Assembly (NCBI GenBank): GCA_002269645.1
Contig: NIVC01002271.1
Span: 124,001 to 188,000 of the forward strand
DNA: 64,000 nt
Direction: 5' to 3'
DNA from: Macrostomum lignano
Lineage: Eukaryota
The notes beneath the pieces are model-generated. The model was not told the DNA's origin. It made no database searches and was given only the letters and a program-made list of their open reading frames with translations. Positions 13,629-24,834 of this stretch are shown one piece after another. The translations under genes were made by a program, and so were the position numbers. Position 1 is the stretch's first letter, and each line of letters begins with the position of its first letter.

Positions 13629-14599
13629 TAATAATAAATATTAAGCTTAATTCAAATAATATTGTTATTATTAATTACTTTTATGAGCAAAAAGGCGTAT
13701 GTTTTGTTTAAATTAGGAGTACTTTCATAAGAAACTCCGTGCCAAAAAATCTGATACGTTGCATAGCTAAATTTAGTATAAAAAGCAAATTATTTTGTTA
13801 TTGTTTACACACGAAAATAACAGCTTTAAAGATTAAATGTAGCTTCTGAATGTATATTGACATATAGAAGTGGTTATAAACAGAAAATAAGTGCACCATG
13901 TATTTACAGTGCGCAAAAATAATGGTCGATGAATCATTATCTGTCCCGCGAAAAAGGGCCCTGCTGGGAGCTAGGAAAGACGTGAATACTGGCGATTGGC
14001 TAATGTACATTGGAACGCCTGAGAGGGGGAAAGCTTATCTTTACAAAACAATGTACATTCCCGAATTCCCGAGCTATCAGCAGCAGTCTTGGGGTTAGAT
14101 AAAATCTTAAAGCGTACAAACCGGCAATGTACTTTTATGTAGTAATTGCCATTCAAATAGGCTAAAAACCTATTATAGGGTTGAAAACCATAGGCTAGAA
14201 TGCTTATCTTCTCGATAACGTTTCAGTAATCTTCTACTAAAATAGATACTCGTACTCCACCGTCAAGCAGACATTAAGCCATTTCCTTCTAGCTGTGTAA
14301 GTAAATTTGTACATTCGAAAGTCTGCTAGTTTAAAAATAGGAAAGTAAAGTAATGCATCAACATATACACTCCAGAAGCCGGGTCCAGGTCACGTGCTTC
14401 GTTTTAGATAAAAAAGAACCAATCACGAAGCAAAAACAATTAGAGCCACCCCTAAAACCGTCAATACAAGTATTCTAGGAGTACATGTAATGTAGAACGT
14501 CATTCAGCAATCAGCAATCATTTTGCGATTGATTAAAAATAAGTTGAGCATTCTTTTGAAGTCAAACATAATACTCCATCATGCAATGATAAAAGCAGT

Positions 14600-17500
14600 T
14601 CAATGGCTTGCTAGTTCGGGCTTTGCTTTTTTATTTTCGGCTGTCAATGCCGCAGCAGCTGCGGCAGCTGCCGAATCGGCTTCGATGACGCAATCAGCTA
14701 ATTTCGGATCATTCTGCATCACTGACCTGAGTAGTCTGTTGAACAGCGACTCCCAGCGACTGTCGCTGCTGTGTTCGTCGCTGTCGGAAGTAACACCGGC
14801 TTCAGGATCTGCTGCTGCTGCTGCTGTCCCTGCTTCCGCGCTCGCTGGTTTCCTGTCCAAGCAGAGCATCTGCGGCGCCGCTGTCACGGCCTTATTCAAT
14901 AGGCGAGCGCAGTAGGACTCCCACACGATTTTGTCCTCAGCCAGGCGGCGAATAATTTGCAGCAGCTCTTTCTTGCTGCGTGAATCGTCTCCGAAGTCAT
15001 CAACTAGGCGTTGGTGCTCGGCCTAAGTTTTGTTTGAGAGTTATCATTGTTGTTTGACCTGGTAGCACTGCTCATTTTCTTTACGCACATCTGGTAGAAC
15101 TGCTCATGCATCTACTCCTTTACTCACATCTGATAGCAGTACTCATCTACTCCTACTCACACCTGGTAGGGACTGCTCATCTACTCCTACTCACACCTGG
15201 TAGGCACTGCTCATCTACTACTACTCACACCTGATAGCACTGCTCATCTACTCCTACTCACACCTGGTAGGCACTGCTCATCTACTACTACTCACACCTG
15301 ATAGCACTGCTCATCTACTCCTACTCACACCTGATAGCACTGCTCATCTACTCCTACTCACACCTGGTAGGCACTGCTCATCTATTCCTACTCACACCTG
15401 GTAGGCACTGCTCATCTATTCCTACTCACACCTGGTAGGCATGCTCATCTATTCCTACTCACACCTGGTAGGCATGCTCATCTACTCCTACTCACACCTG
15501 GTAGTACTGCTCATCTACTCCTACTCACACCTGGTAGTACTGCTCATCTACTCCTACTCACACCTGGTAGTACTGCTCATCTACTCCTACTCACACCTGG
15601 TAGTACTGCTCATCTACTCCTACTCACACCTGGTAGTACTGCTCATCTACTCCTACTCACACCAGGTAACACTGCTCATCTACTCCTTTACTCACATCAC
15701 ACCTTGGTAACACTGCCCCTCTACTCCATTACGCTAGTACCCACACCTAGTAACATTGCATGCCCACCTATTTCTCCACTCACTAACACTGCTCAATGTT
15801 ACGTTAGTCTCATTTAGAATGCACAATTCTTGGTTCTCTGAACCGTCGCTCACCTGCAGCTCCTCGAGACTCTCACGCATCGCCAGCGCCTCCCGCTGCG
15901 CCCGTTTCGCCTCTTTTTCAGCGTGCGCCGCCTGCCGTTGCAACTTCAAATTGGCCCTCTTCATTTCCTCCCACTCGCTGAGGCTCTTCTGACCGTCAGC
16001 GCGATTCTTACTGAGCACAACTTTCTCAACGCGAAGCTCGTCAGCTTTGGCGCGGATTTGGGCGATGTCCTGGCGCGATCTGCCCAGCTCTTCTAGCAGT
16101 TCGTCGCAGTAAGCGTTGCACCGGGCCAGTTCGTCTTCCTTCTCGTCCAGCTCGGCGTCTTTCTCCTGCAGATCGTCCAGCAGTTTGCTGGTCTCGGCTT
16201 CGAATAATTCTACCTGCTGTCGAAGTCGGCTGTTCTCGTCTTCGTATCTGTGCAGCTTGTCGGTTAGTTTGAGCATGTACTCAACCTTGATTTGATGGTG
16301 GAGTGCTTATTAAGTTAGTTAATTAGTTTGCACTCTGAGGGCGATGATCAGGACGAAAGCCAAGTCTGCTGTGATGTCAGCATTCTCTGTTCAGTGTGTC
16401 AGTATTTTAGTGTCAGTTGGTGACAGTGTTCTAGTGTCAGTGTTCTAGTGTCAGTTGGTGTCAGTGTTCTAGTATTAGTTGGTGTCAGTGTTCTAGTGTC
16501 AGTTGGTGACAGTGTTCTAGTGTCAGTGTTCTAGTGTCAGTTGGTGTCAGTGTTCTAGTATTAGTTGGTGTCAGTGTTCTAGTGTCAGTTGGTGACAGTG
16601 TTCTAGTGTCAGTTGGTGACAGTGTTCTAATGTCAGTTGGTGACAGTGTTCTAGTGTCAGTTGGTGTTAGTGTTCTAGTGTCAGTGTTCTAGTGTCAGTT
16701 GGTGACAGTGTTCTAGTGTCAGTTGGTGACAGTGTTCTAGTGTCAGTTGGTGTCAGTGTTCTAGTGTCAGTTGGTGTCAGTGTTCTAGTGTCAGTTAGTG
16801 TCAGTGTTCTAGTGTCAGTTGGTGTCAGTGTTCTAGTGTCAGTTGGTGTCAGTGTTCTAGTGTCAGTTGGTGTCAGTGTTCTAGTGTCAGTTGGTGTCAG
16901 TGTTCTAGTGTCAGTTAGTGTCAGTGTTCTAGTGTCAGTTGGTGTCAGTGTTCTAGTGTCAGTGTTCTAGTGTCAGTTGGTGTCAGTGTTCTAGTGTCAG
17001 TGTTCTAGTATTAGTTGGTGTCAGTGTTCTAGTGTCAGTTGGTGTCAGTGTTCTAGTGTCAGTTAGTGTCAGTGTTCTAGTATCAGTTGGTGTCAGTGTT
17101 CTAGTGTCAGTTGGTGTCAGTGTTCTAGTGTCAGTTGGTGTCAGTGTTCTAGTGTCAGTTAGTGTCAGTGTTCTAGTGTCAGTTAGTGTCAGTGTTCTAG
17201 TATCAGTTGGTGTCAGTGTTCTAGTGTCAGTTGGTGTCAGTGTTCTAGTGTCAGTTGGTGTCAGTGTTATAGTGTCAGTTAGTGTCAGTGTTCTAGTGTC
17301 AGTTGGTGTCAGTGTTCTAGTGTCAGTTGGTGTCAGTGTTCTAGTGTCAGTTGGTGTCAGTGTTCTAGTGTCAGTGTTCTAGTGTCAGTGTTCTAGTGTC
17401 AGTGTTCTAGTGTCAGTGTTCTCTGTTCACTGTGTCAGTAGTGCATTCACACCTCAGCCAGACCTTCAACAAGATCTTCAACCTGAGTCACACGAGCTAT

Positions 17501-17888
17501 CACCTGTTCTGTCGCCTTATTCGTGGCCACTTGCACTTCCCGCTCCCTTCTATCGAGATCTTTCTGCTTGGCCCTGGTTTCGTGTCCCAGCATCGCCAGA
17601 CTGTGCGCCAGCATCTGCCTCCTAGTCTGAACCGACACGCCGCGGCCGTAAGTCAGGCTCTGAGTCATGCGTCCGTTCCGCGGAAAATCCGCGGAATTTC
17701 CTTCTTCGTCAACAACTTCGCCGCCGCCATCCTCTCCGTTGGCCTGCTGTCGATGACTAGGCAGACTGTGCGGCTGCGACTGATGAGTCTGCAGCTGGCC
17801 GAAATTTGGCGGTTTCGTTGATGTCGGCGACGGGACCTCGCTGATGGCTGACATCGCCATGGGGTGGTTGTACAGCTCGGCTCCTGTG

Positions 17889-17921
<33 letters not shown>

Positions 17922-18070
17922 AACACCGAATCTCGCTCTGGCTGGCTCATTGAATAGCCTTGATGATGTGCTCGTTTGAGAAAAGTGTTGTGCGACGTTA
18001 GCGACTCGTTTGAGATGCCCGAGTCTTCACCGTCCAATTCGATTGCGTGGAACATTGGCTGGTGCGCCAT
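14600..18070 (-). CDS. Rab11 family-interacting protein (FIP3/FIP4/Nuf class)-like coiled-coil protein; exons ~18070-17453, 16285-15854, 15022-14600
   Basis: A long coiled coil (LHRYEDENSRLRQQ...) precedes SKKELLQIIRRLAEDKIVWESYCARLLNKAVTAAPQML, which aligns by eye to the FIP3 Rab-binding domain (SRDELMEAIQKQEEINFRLQDYIDRIIVAIMETNPSIL). Phase-0 junctions are GAG|GTGTGA, CAG|GTGAGC and TAG|GCC. Confidence 0.65.
15090..15730. repeat. 33-bp intronic minisatellite
   Basis: Unit TCTACTCCTACTCACACCTGGTAGTACTGCTCA with variants. Confidence 0.95.
16400..17420. repeat. 24-bp intronic minisatellite (TGTCAGTTGGTGTCAGTGTTCTAG)n
   Basis: Period 24 with 14-bp and 10-bp subunits. Confidence 0.95.
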
Positions 18071-18157
18071 TCAGCGCTGAAATTGGTTGGAAAGAATGCG
18101 AAAATTGTTAGTCGGAGTAGCTTCACCATAAACTCAGAACGGGTCGTGAGTGAATAA

Positions 18158-18260
18158 TCAAGGTGATCTCAGATGACTTGAGGTGTGTGAGTCAAGGTGA
18201 TCTCAGGTGACTTGAGGTGTGTGAGTCAAGGTGATCTCAGGTGACTTGAGGTGTGTGAGC
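18158..18260. repeat. 34-bp tandem repeat (x~3) adjacent to the LINE insertion
   Basis: Unit GTCAAGGTGATCTCAGGTGACTTGAGGTGTGTGA. Confidence 0.85.
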
Positions 18261-18806
18261 CAAAGGATATTCAAGTACCCAAGGTGAAGCACGCGAAGGC
18301 GTATTCAGCATGCCAGTGAAGTATGAGACAGACTAGGCCCATGGGCTAAGGTCTGCGATGCTTCACGCCTGCCCCTATCTTCAGCAGGTCAAGGCTGGTG
18401 GGAGGTCTGCACCCTCTATTTGCCTCTGGCAGCCGCAGACCCCCCCCCACGCTGTCTCGCAAGTCGACCCAGGGTACTCGTCCCCGCGTGTGTTCAAGGC
18501 AGTCCCTAGGGCTGCTGGACAGACTGGGCTCCGGCGCTGGCGACCCTATCCAGTGGCTTCGGCCGAATTTGGGTATGCGGGTCTGGCTCGCCAACCTGCA
18601 GGCCGTGGTACTGCTCAACGTACTCTCTAATGCCTAAGGTGTTGACCGTGCCGATGGGCTGGAAGGCCGGGGAGTAGTCCGGTCGCAAGCGGTCCCCCTC
18701 CTGGTGTCGGGCCAGCCTTGAGGGTGCTATTGGCCTACTGCCCGGTCAGGTGGAGCGGCCGGGTGGGTACCGCGCCCCTTTGAGGGTAGCCCACCAACCT
18801 TTTATC

Positions 18807-20327
18807 ATGGCCTTCGAGCCGACTATGGATAAACAAGCTATTTCTAGGGACGGGGACCCTTCTAAACCCCAACCTCAGTCCGAAGGACCGGCCGGCCCTG
18901 CTGGCAGATCCCAACCGACTGATTCAACTGTGGCAAAGGAAGGACCGGCTGGCTCTGCTGGCAGATCCGACCAGAGCTACCAAACTCAAAATACCCTAAG
19001 ACCTGCCAGCTCCGCTGGTGGATCTAAGGGAACCGCGAGCTCTGAGCCTAAAGGACCGGCCAAATCTGGCAGATCCGATGAAGCTCAGCGGGCTCGGCTT
19101 GAGCGCAAACGCGCTAAACAACGCGCCAAAAGGCAGGCCAAGAAGGGAGCTGCGGGGGCCAAAGCGGCGGCGTCCACCATGGATGCTGAAGCGACTGGAG
19201 TCCCAAGGCAACCAGGCGGGCCGGCCGGTGGAAGCTCCAGTAGTTCAGCGGCGGCGCTCCCTGGAGCTGCTGCCGCGGCTGCTGAGGCCGAAACCACGGC
19301 GCAACAAATGGCCACTGCCAACAAGGAGGTTCCTTCGGGAGCTACCTTTGCGGCGAAGGCCAAGGCCAAAATCCCGGGAGTGATCATCCAAGGTCGCGAC
19401 CAGGACTGGACCACTGATCAGCTTCAAAAAGTGTGGAGTGCTGTTGACTCCTATCTGATTGAGCTGACTGTCGAGGAGGGAATCTCCATCGGCGTTGAGC
19501 GGATGGTGCTGCGAAGCACATTCGTTCTTATTGCTCCTAGCAGCGAGGAGGACGCTCGGCGGCTGCTCCAGCGGCTACCGACGGTCTCCTTGGATGCTGA
19601 CCTTGGTGGAGCTCTTTTTCTTCGCGAGGGCCAGCGTCCAAAGACGATACCCTATGTGGTTTTCGTCCCTGCTAAGAGCACCGCAGCTGGACCAGACGTT
19701 ATTCGCCGGGTCCTACTGCGTCTGAACCCCGACCTCCCTGCTAGTGGACTGGTGTATCACCGCAAAGTCCGCAGGGGGGAGACGGGCAACTCAATTGTCC
19801 TCGGCCTTTCCAGCACTTGGGCGAGTCGGTACCCTAATGGATCCTCTTTCCAGCTGGGTGCCCTCAAGCTCAAGTTGCGCCGAGGAAAGTCTGCCAAAGG
19901 GAAGGCTACTGCCAACCCCGGCATCTCCGGCAAGAGCGGGGCGCAGTCTAAGGCCCAAGGAAAGGCGCAAGCCGATCCCAAAGCCAAAGCTGCATCTCGC
20001 CCCTCTGCTAGCAGCAGTTCGGCGACCGCGGTAACGGCTCCGGCCGAGCCCCGGGAACCAAACCTGCCAGTCGGAGAAGGAGTTGAGGACGAGGCCGGGT
20101 CTTCGGAATCCGAGCTCTCCTCGGCCACCTTGGTGGGGTCTGAAGGTAAAGATGCAGGTGAGGAAGCTTCCTCCATCCTGTCATCGGAGCCTGAGGACTC
20201 TGCTGGGGGGGCCGGTGGGGTGAGGAGGCCATGGACGTCGACCAACTCCCATCTCCCAGTCAAGCCCCAGCGGCCTGGGACGAGGACGATCTGTTGTCCA
20301 AGTCTCCTTGATGGCCCTGGGCTCTAG
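18807..20327 (+). CDS. LINE ORF1 (low-complexity basic N-terminus, central globular domain, acidic tail; no CCHC knuckle seen)
   Basis: Long ORF immediately upstream of ORF2 within the TSD-bounded element. Confidence 0.75.
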   Translation: MAFEPTMDKQAISRDGDPSKPQPQSEGPAGPAGRSQPTDSTVAKEGPAGSAGRSDQSYQTQNTLRPASSAGGSKGTASSEPKGPAKSGRSDEAQRARLERKRAKQRAKRQAKKGAAGAKAAASTMDAEATGVPRQPGGPAGGSSSSSAAALPGAAAAAAEAETTAQQMATANKEVPSGATFAAKAKAKIPGVIIQGRDQDWTTDQLQKVWSAVDSYLIELTVEEGISIGVERMVLRSTFVLIAPSSEEDARRLLQRLPTVSLDADLGGALFLREGQRPKTIPYVVFVPAKSTAAGPDVIRRVLLRLNPDLPASGLVYHRKVRRGETGNSIVLGLSSTWASRYPNGSSFQLGALKLKLRRGKSAKGKATANPGISGKSGAQSKAQGKAQADPKAKAASRPSASSSSATAVTAPAEPREPNLPVGEGVEDEAGSSESELSSATLVGSEGKDAGEEASSILSSEPEDSAGGAGGVRRPWTSTNSHLPVKPQRPGTRTICCPSLLDGPGL

Positions 20328-20350
20328 CCAGATATTGCATTTAATACAGT

Positions 20351-23300
20351 ATGACTAAGCTCCACGCTGCCAAAGGAGCGACATTCTGTCTGCAAATAAA
20401 TTTACAGCATTGCGTATCTGCGTCAGTAAATCTGATGAAGATTGCTGAGCTGTACAGGCCAGGCCTCATCCTGATCCAGGAACCCTGGATGCGCAACGGT
20501 AAGTTGCCCAACATTCCCTCTGGCTACTCTGATTTTTATGTGTGTGGCCCGGGGAACAGCCGCCCTAGAGCGGCTATCCTCGCTGCTAGCCATCTCCAGG
20601 CTTGGCTGAGGACTGATCTCTCTGATGGAGACCTTTGCGTCATCCAATCTAATCATTTCTCTCCGCGTACGTGTCTTGTTGCCTCGGTTTATATCCCAGG
20701 CGACAGAGACCCTGCTCCGAGAGTTTACTGCGCCTTGCGCAGTACTGCGAGTCCCAGAACGCTGAGCTGTGCTTAGGGGGCGACCTCAACGCGCACCACA
20801 AGCACTGGGGCAGCAAAGATACCAACACTAGAGGAGAGGAGCTTCTGGCCCTCATCTCTAACACAAACCTCATGCTCTGCAACCGCGGCAGCACTCCTAC
20901 CTTTAATAATGGCAGATGGACCGAGGTCCTCGACGCCACACTCGTTACCCCAAGACTCTTTGACAGAGTCAAGGAGTGGAGAGTCTGGTCTGAGGAGCCC
21001 TCCCTGTCTGACCACTGCTTTATCGCCTTTAATATCGCGGACACTAAAACCCAGTCTCCGATCACTTGGAGACGCAATATCCGCAACACTGATTGGGCGG
21101 CCTACAAGGCTGCCCTTGATCTGCACCTGCAGGAACTCACGGACTTACGTCCGATTGAGACCTGCGAGGATGTGGATCATATGGCTGAGACGCTGACAGG
21201 TTGCATTATTGCAGCCTACGAAGCGGCTTGTCCTGCTCGCGCCTACAGAGGCAAGACCTCGGCGCCGTGGTGGAACCCGGAGCTGGGGAAACTCAGGCGG
21301 AAGGCCAAAAGCCTTCATCGCCGTGCCATGAAGACCGGAAACCCGGAGGACATGGAGCTTTTCCGGCAAGCCTCCCGCAATTTCAAATCTGAAGTGCGCA
21401 AGGCCAAGGAATGTAAGTGGCGCCAATTCTGCAATGAATTGGATCAAGACAGACCTACTTCTAGGCTTGTCAAGGCCCTTACAATGGACAAAATGTCCAA
21501 ATTAGCCATGATAAAAAAGATGATGGCTCTCTTACTAAAGACCCTGAAGAAGTGCTTCAGCATATGCTTAGCACATTCTTCCCGAGGGTACCTACTGCTA
21601 GACCGGAGCCCAACCATTCGATGGATGGAGCCACCCTAGCGGCGGGCATTGTCACTGAAGACCTAATCGCTCGTGCGGTCAGAACCTTCAAACCCTTCAA
21701 ATCTCCTGGACCTGATGGTATCTACCCTGTTCTCCTTCGTGAAGCAGCCAAGATACCCTCGTTCCTGAGACTCACCCGCAATCTTATGCGGGCCTCTATC
21801 CAGCTGGGATACGTTCCCAAAAGCTGGACTGAAGCTCGAGTAGTCTTTATTCCCAAACCTGGGAAGGGTGACTACCAAAGCGTCAAGGCCTTCCGGCCAA
21901 TTAGCTTAACGTCAGCAATGCTTAAGCTCACTGAGAGGCTTATTCTCTGGCGGCTGCTCTCCTGCGAGCTGACAGCGATGCCCCTCAGCAATAATCAGCA
22001 CGCCTTCCGTACCGGGAGGTCGACTGACAGCGCCCTGCATGCGATTGTCGAAAAGATTGAACGGGCGGTACTGGGTGACGGTTACGCCCTGGCTCTCTTT
22101 CTTGACATTGTTGGCGCCTTCGACAACGTTATCTTTGAAGCGTTTCAGAGGGCCCTTCAAAATCGCAAAGCTCATGCTACCCTCATACGGTGGATCATGT
22201 ACATGATCTCCAACCGTACGGTCACTGCCCAACTTCTTGGGCAAACTGCCTCCACCAGAGTCTGTAAGGGTGGACCCCAAGGCGGAGTCCTCACCCCGAC
22301 GCTCTGGAACCTGGTCATGGACGCTCTTCTGAGTGACTCCCGACCTGACCCCGTCTTCAAAGTCGGGTATGCTGATGACGTCACGGCCATTGTGGCAGGA
22401 CCGTCTCCCAGCACGCTCAGGGATCTGATGCAGAGCTTTATCCGCAAAGCAGAATCCTGGGCCAATGACAATGGTTTGGAACTCTCTGAGCCCAAAACCG
22501 TTGCCATTATGTTTACCAGCAGACTACGCTGGAACATACGTCCTCTGCAGCTCTACGGCAGAGATATTGCCTTCGCGCACCAGACCAGATGTCTCGGGGT
22601 CACACTTGACCACCGGCTCAACTGGTCCTTCCACGTGAAAGCAAAAGCTAAGCGTGCCTCAGCCATCCTGGCCCAGCTCCGACGAGCACTTGGCACTTCT
22701 TGGGGTCTATCCCCAAAGCGGCTTTGGTGGATCTATACTTCCGTAGTTAGACCTGCCATTACGTACGCCTCTGTTGTCTGGGTTAGCGCTACCCAGGTCA
22801 AAAGCCATGCAGACCTGCTCAACACGATCCAAGGCAGAGCGTGTAGGCTCATCTGCAACGCCACCAGGTCCACGCCCTTTGCTGGCATGGGGGCCTTTCT
22901 TAATCTTCCGCCTCTTGACCTCTTCATCAGGGGTGAGGCGGCTAGAACGACGCGGCGTCTAATTGATGCCGGCGTCAAATTCATTTACATGAGAGCACCT
23001 GCTAAGCGGAACCTTGTCCCGCATAGCGATCTGTGCCTCAACTTTCTCAACGAGTGTCAGGCCAATCGCGTCTTCACCGATGGCATTGCCTCAACGCTCA
23101 ACCTGAGACAGCGCTACTCCGTAGCTATCGACTCGCGCGATAACATCAATGACCATTGGAACCCTGGTGAGCTTCATTGCTACACCGACGGTTCTAAGCA
23201 GTCAGCCAACACCGGCTTTGGTGTTGGAATCTTTCTGAACGGGAGGGTCATCGCTACCCACGCTCAATACACTGGGGTCAACTCCAGTGTTTTCCAAAAT

Positions 23301-24089
23301 GAAGTTCTGGCCATCAGCTCCTGCACTGCAGAGCTTCTCGCCACTGGCGTTACTGGTAAGAACATCATTTTCCATTCGGACAGCCAAGCTGCCTTGCACG
23401 CCATCAGTGGCTGCAGCACCAACTCTGCTACAGTCCTTGACTGTATCAAACTCCTCAATGTGTTGGGTTCCGCCAACAAAATTACCCTTAAGTGGGTTCC
23501 GGGGCATGTGGGGATCCGAGGAAATGAGTTGGCTGACACCCTTGCAAAAGTTGGTGCCTCCGGCTCCTCTCTCGGCCCCGAACCTCTTGTCCCGATTCCT
23601 GGCTGTGTCATCGACTCGCGCATCAAAGCGTGGATCAGGACTCAGCACCGCTCGACTTGGGCGAACCGCACGAACTGCAGGCAATCCAGAGGCGCTGTCC
23701 CTCAGCCCTCTCACCAGCTCCGGAAGCTCCTCTTGCGCCTCTCGCGCAGAGACATCCGGGCTGCCACCATGACCCTCTCTGGTCACGGCTGCTTCTCCAG
23801 GCACCAGTACCTGCAGGGCAACGCCACCAACGCCACCTGTAGTTTCTGCAACTCAGGTGACGAAACCGCTGAGCATTTCGTCAGCATCTGTCCCGCCTTC
23901 ACGCGGGCCAGACTCACTTACCTCGGGCCACACACATCTATTACTGAAGCGTGCAAACCCGAAAACTTTAATCAGCTCATGCGCTACCTTCGGGCCACCC
24001 GCAGGGCTGAACTCTCCTTTCCAGAGAGCACCATAGCTGCTGGCGACACTGGGGGACCTCCCTGGGCGGCGCCAACCCTCCGTCCATAG
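20351..24089 (+). pseudogene. pol: LINE ORF2 (AP endonuclease, reverse transcriptase, RNase H, C-terminal Cys/His motif), split by two frameshifts (~20710, ~21515)
   Basis: APE motifs QINLQH, LIQEPW, GGDLNAHH and SDH; RT motifs PKPGK..FRPISLTS, GPQGGVLTP and GYADD; RNase H motifs YTDGS, SDSQAAL and WVPGHVGIRGNELAD; C-terminal CSFC...ETAEHFVSIC. Confidence 0.92.
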
Positions 24090-24834
24090 CGACGCGTCGG
24101 CCGTTCAGGGACTAGCGGAATGGGCGCCCGCGCCTTCCCGCTGTGTCCCCTCCGGGACAGCCCTGCAGCTAAGTCAAAGTCAACCCAAGGTGAATGACTC
24201 AAAGGAGATCAAGTGGCAGACAGTAAGAAATTCAACAACACAGCTTTAATACAGGCTTTTATAAACAGATATTTACAGATATCCAACAAAATCTGACTAA
24301 TTTACAAGTCCGAACTAAGCGCACACAATGCCTGACAAGTCTGCTTAAATAAGAGTATATGCTTGTACTAGCATTCAGCGTTGGCTAAAAGTACAAAAAA
24401 GACTTGCGCGCAGTCCGAATCGCCTGTCTTTCATATGCAAACTCTGTGTAAAAAAACCTTTTCAAACCTGTTTCGGCCGCGCCCAAGGCACAAGCAGCAC
24501 AGTGTTGGCCTGCGCTTCTCTGTGTGTGCTCGGTGTGTAAGAGTTTAGCATGGAGAGATGAGATAAGCGCAAAGATAACTAATAATGGATGGCTATACTG
24601 GGTCGCTTAAGCAGATTGATGGTCGTAGCAGCCCCCACTCTCTGCTTGCTCTGGCCGAAACACAGAGACAAAAGAACTCAAGAAAAACTGTCTTTTAAGG
24701 ATTTAGCTGCTGCTGCTTTTTCTAGAAAATATTTTATTGTTCATTTTACTCTGCGCTGCGGCAAACGTGTGTTGATGGGGTTGACTCAGAATGGGGGGAG
24801 CTGTTTATACAAAACCACTCATTCTCGTCATGGA

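Larger units (their letters stand above)
18289..24182 (+). mobile_element. Full-length non-LTR retrotransposon (APE-RT-RNase H; R1/Loa-like)
   Basis: Two-ORF layout flanked by the direct repeat ACCCAAGGTGAA (18277-18288 and 24183-24194), with a short AAGTCA-repeat 3' tail. Clade assignment is inferred from RT motif style and the RNase H domain. Confidence 0.9.

Noticed and set aside
18289-18420. Possible HDV-like ribozyme at the LINE 5' end (GGCCCATGGGCTAAGG resembles P4-J4/2)
   Set aside because: I could not find matching P1, P2, P3 or L3 elements by eye; a descriptor search would be needed.
18996-24202. Numerous antisense and alternate-frame ORFs over the LINE, Gypsy and host exons
   Set aside because: Shadow ORFs of GC-rich coding sequence with no independent motifs.
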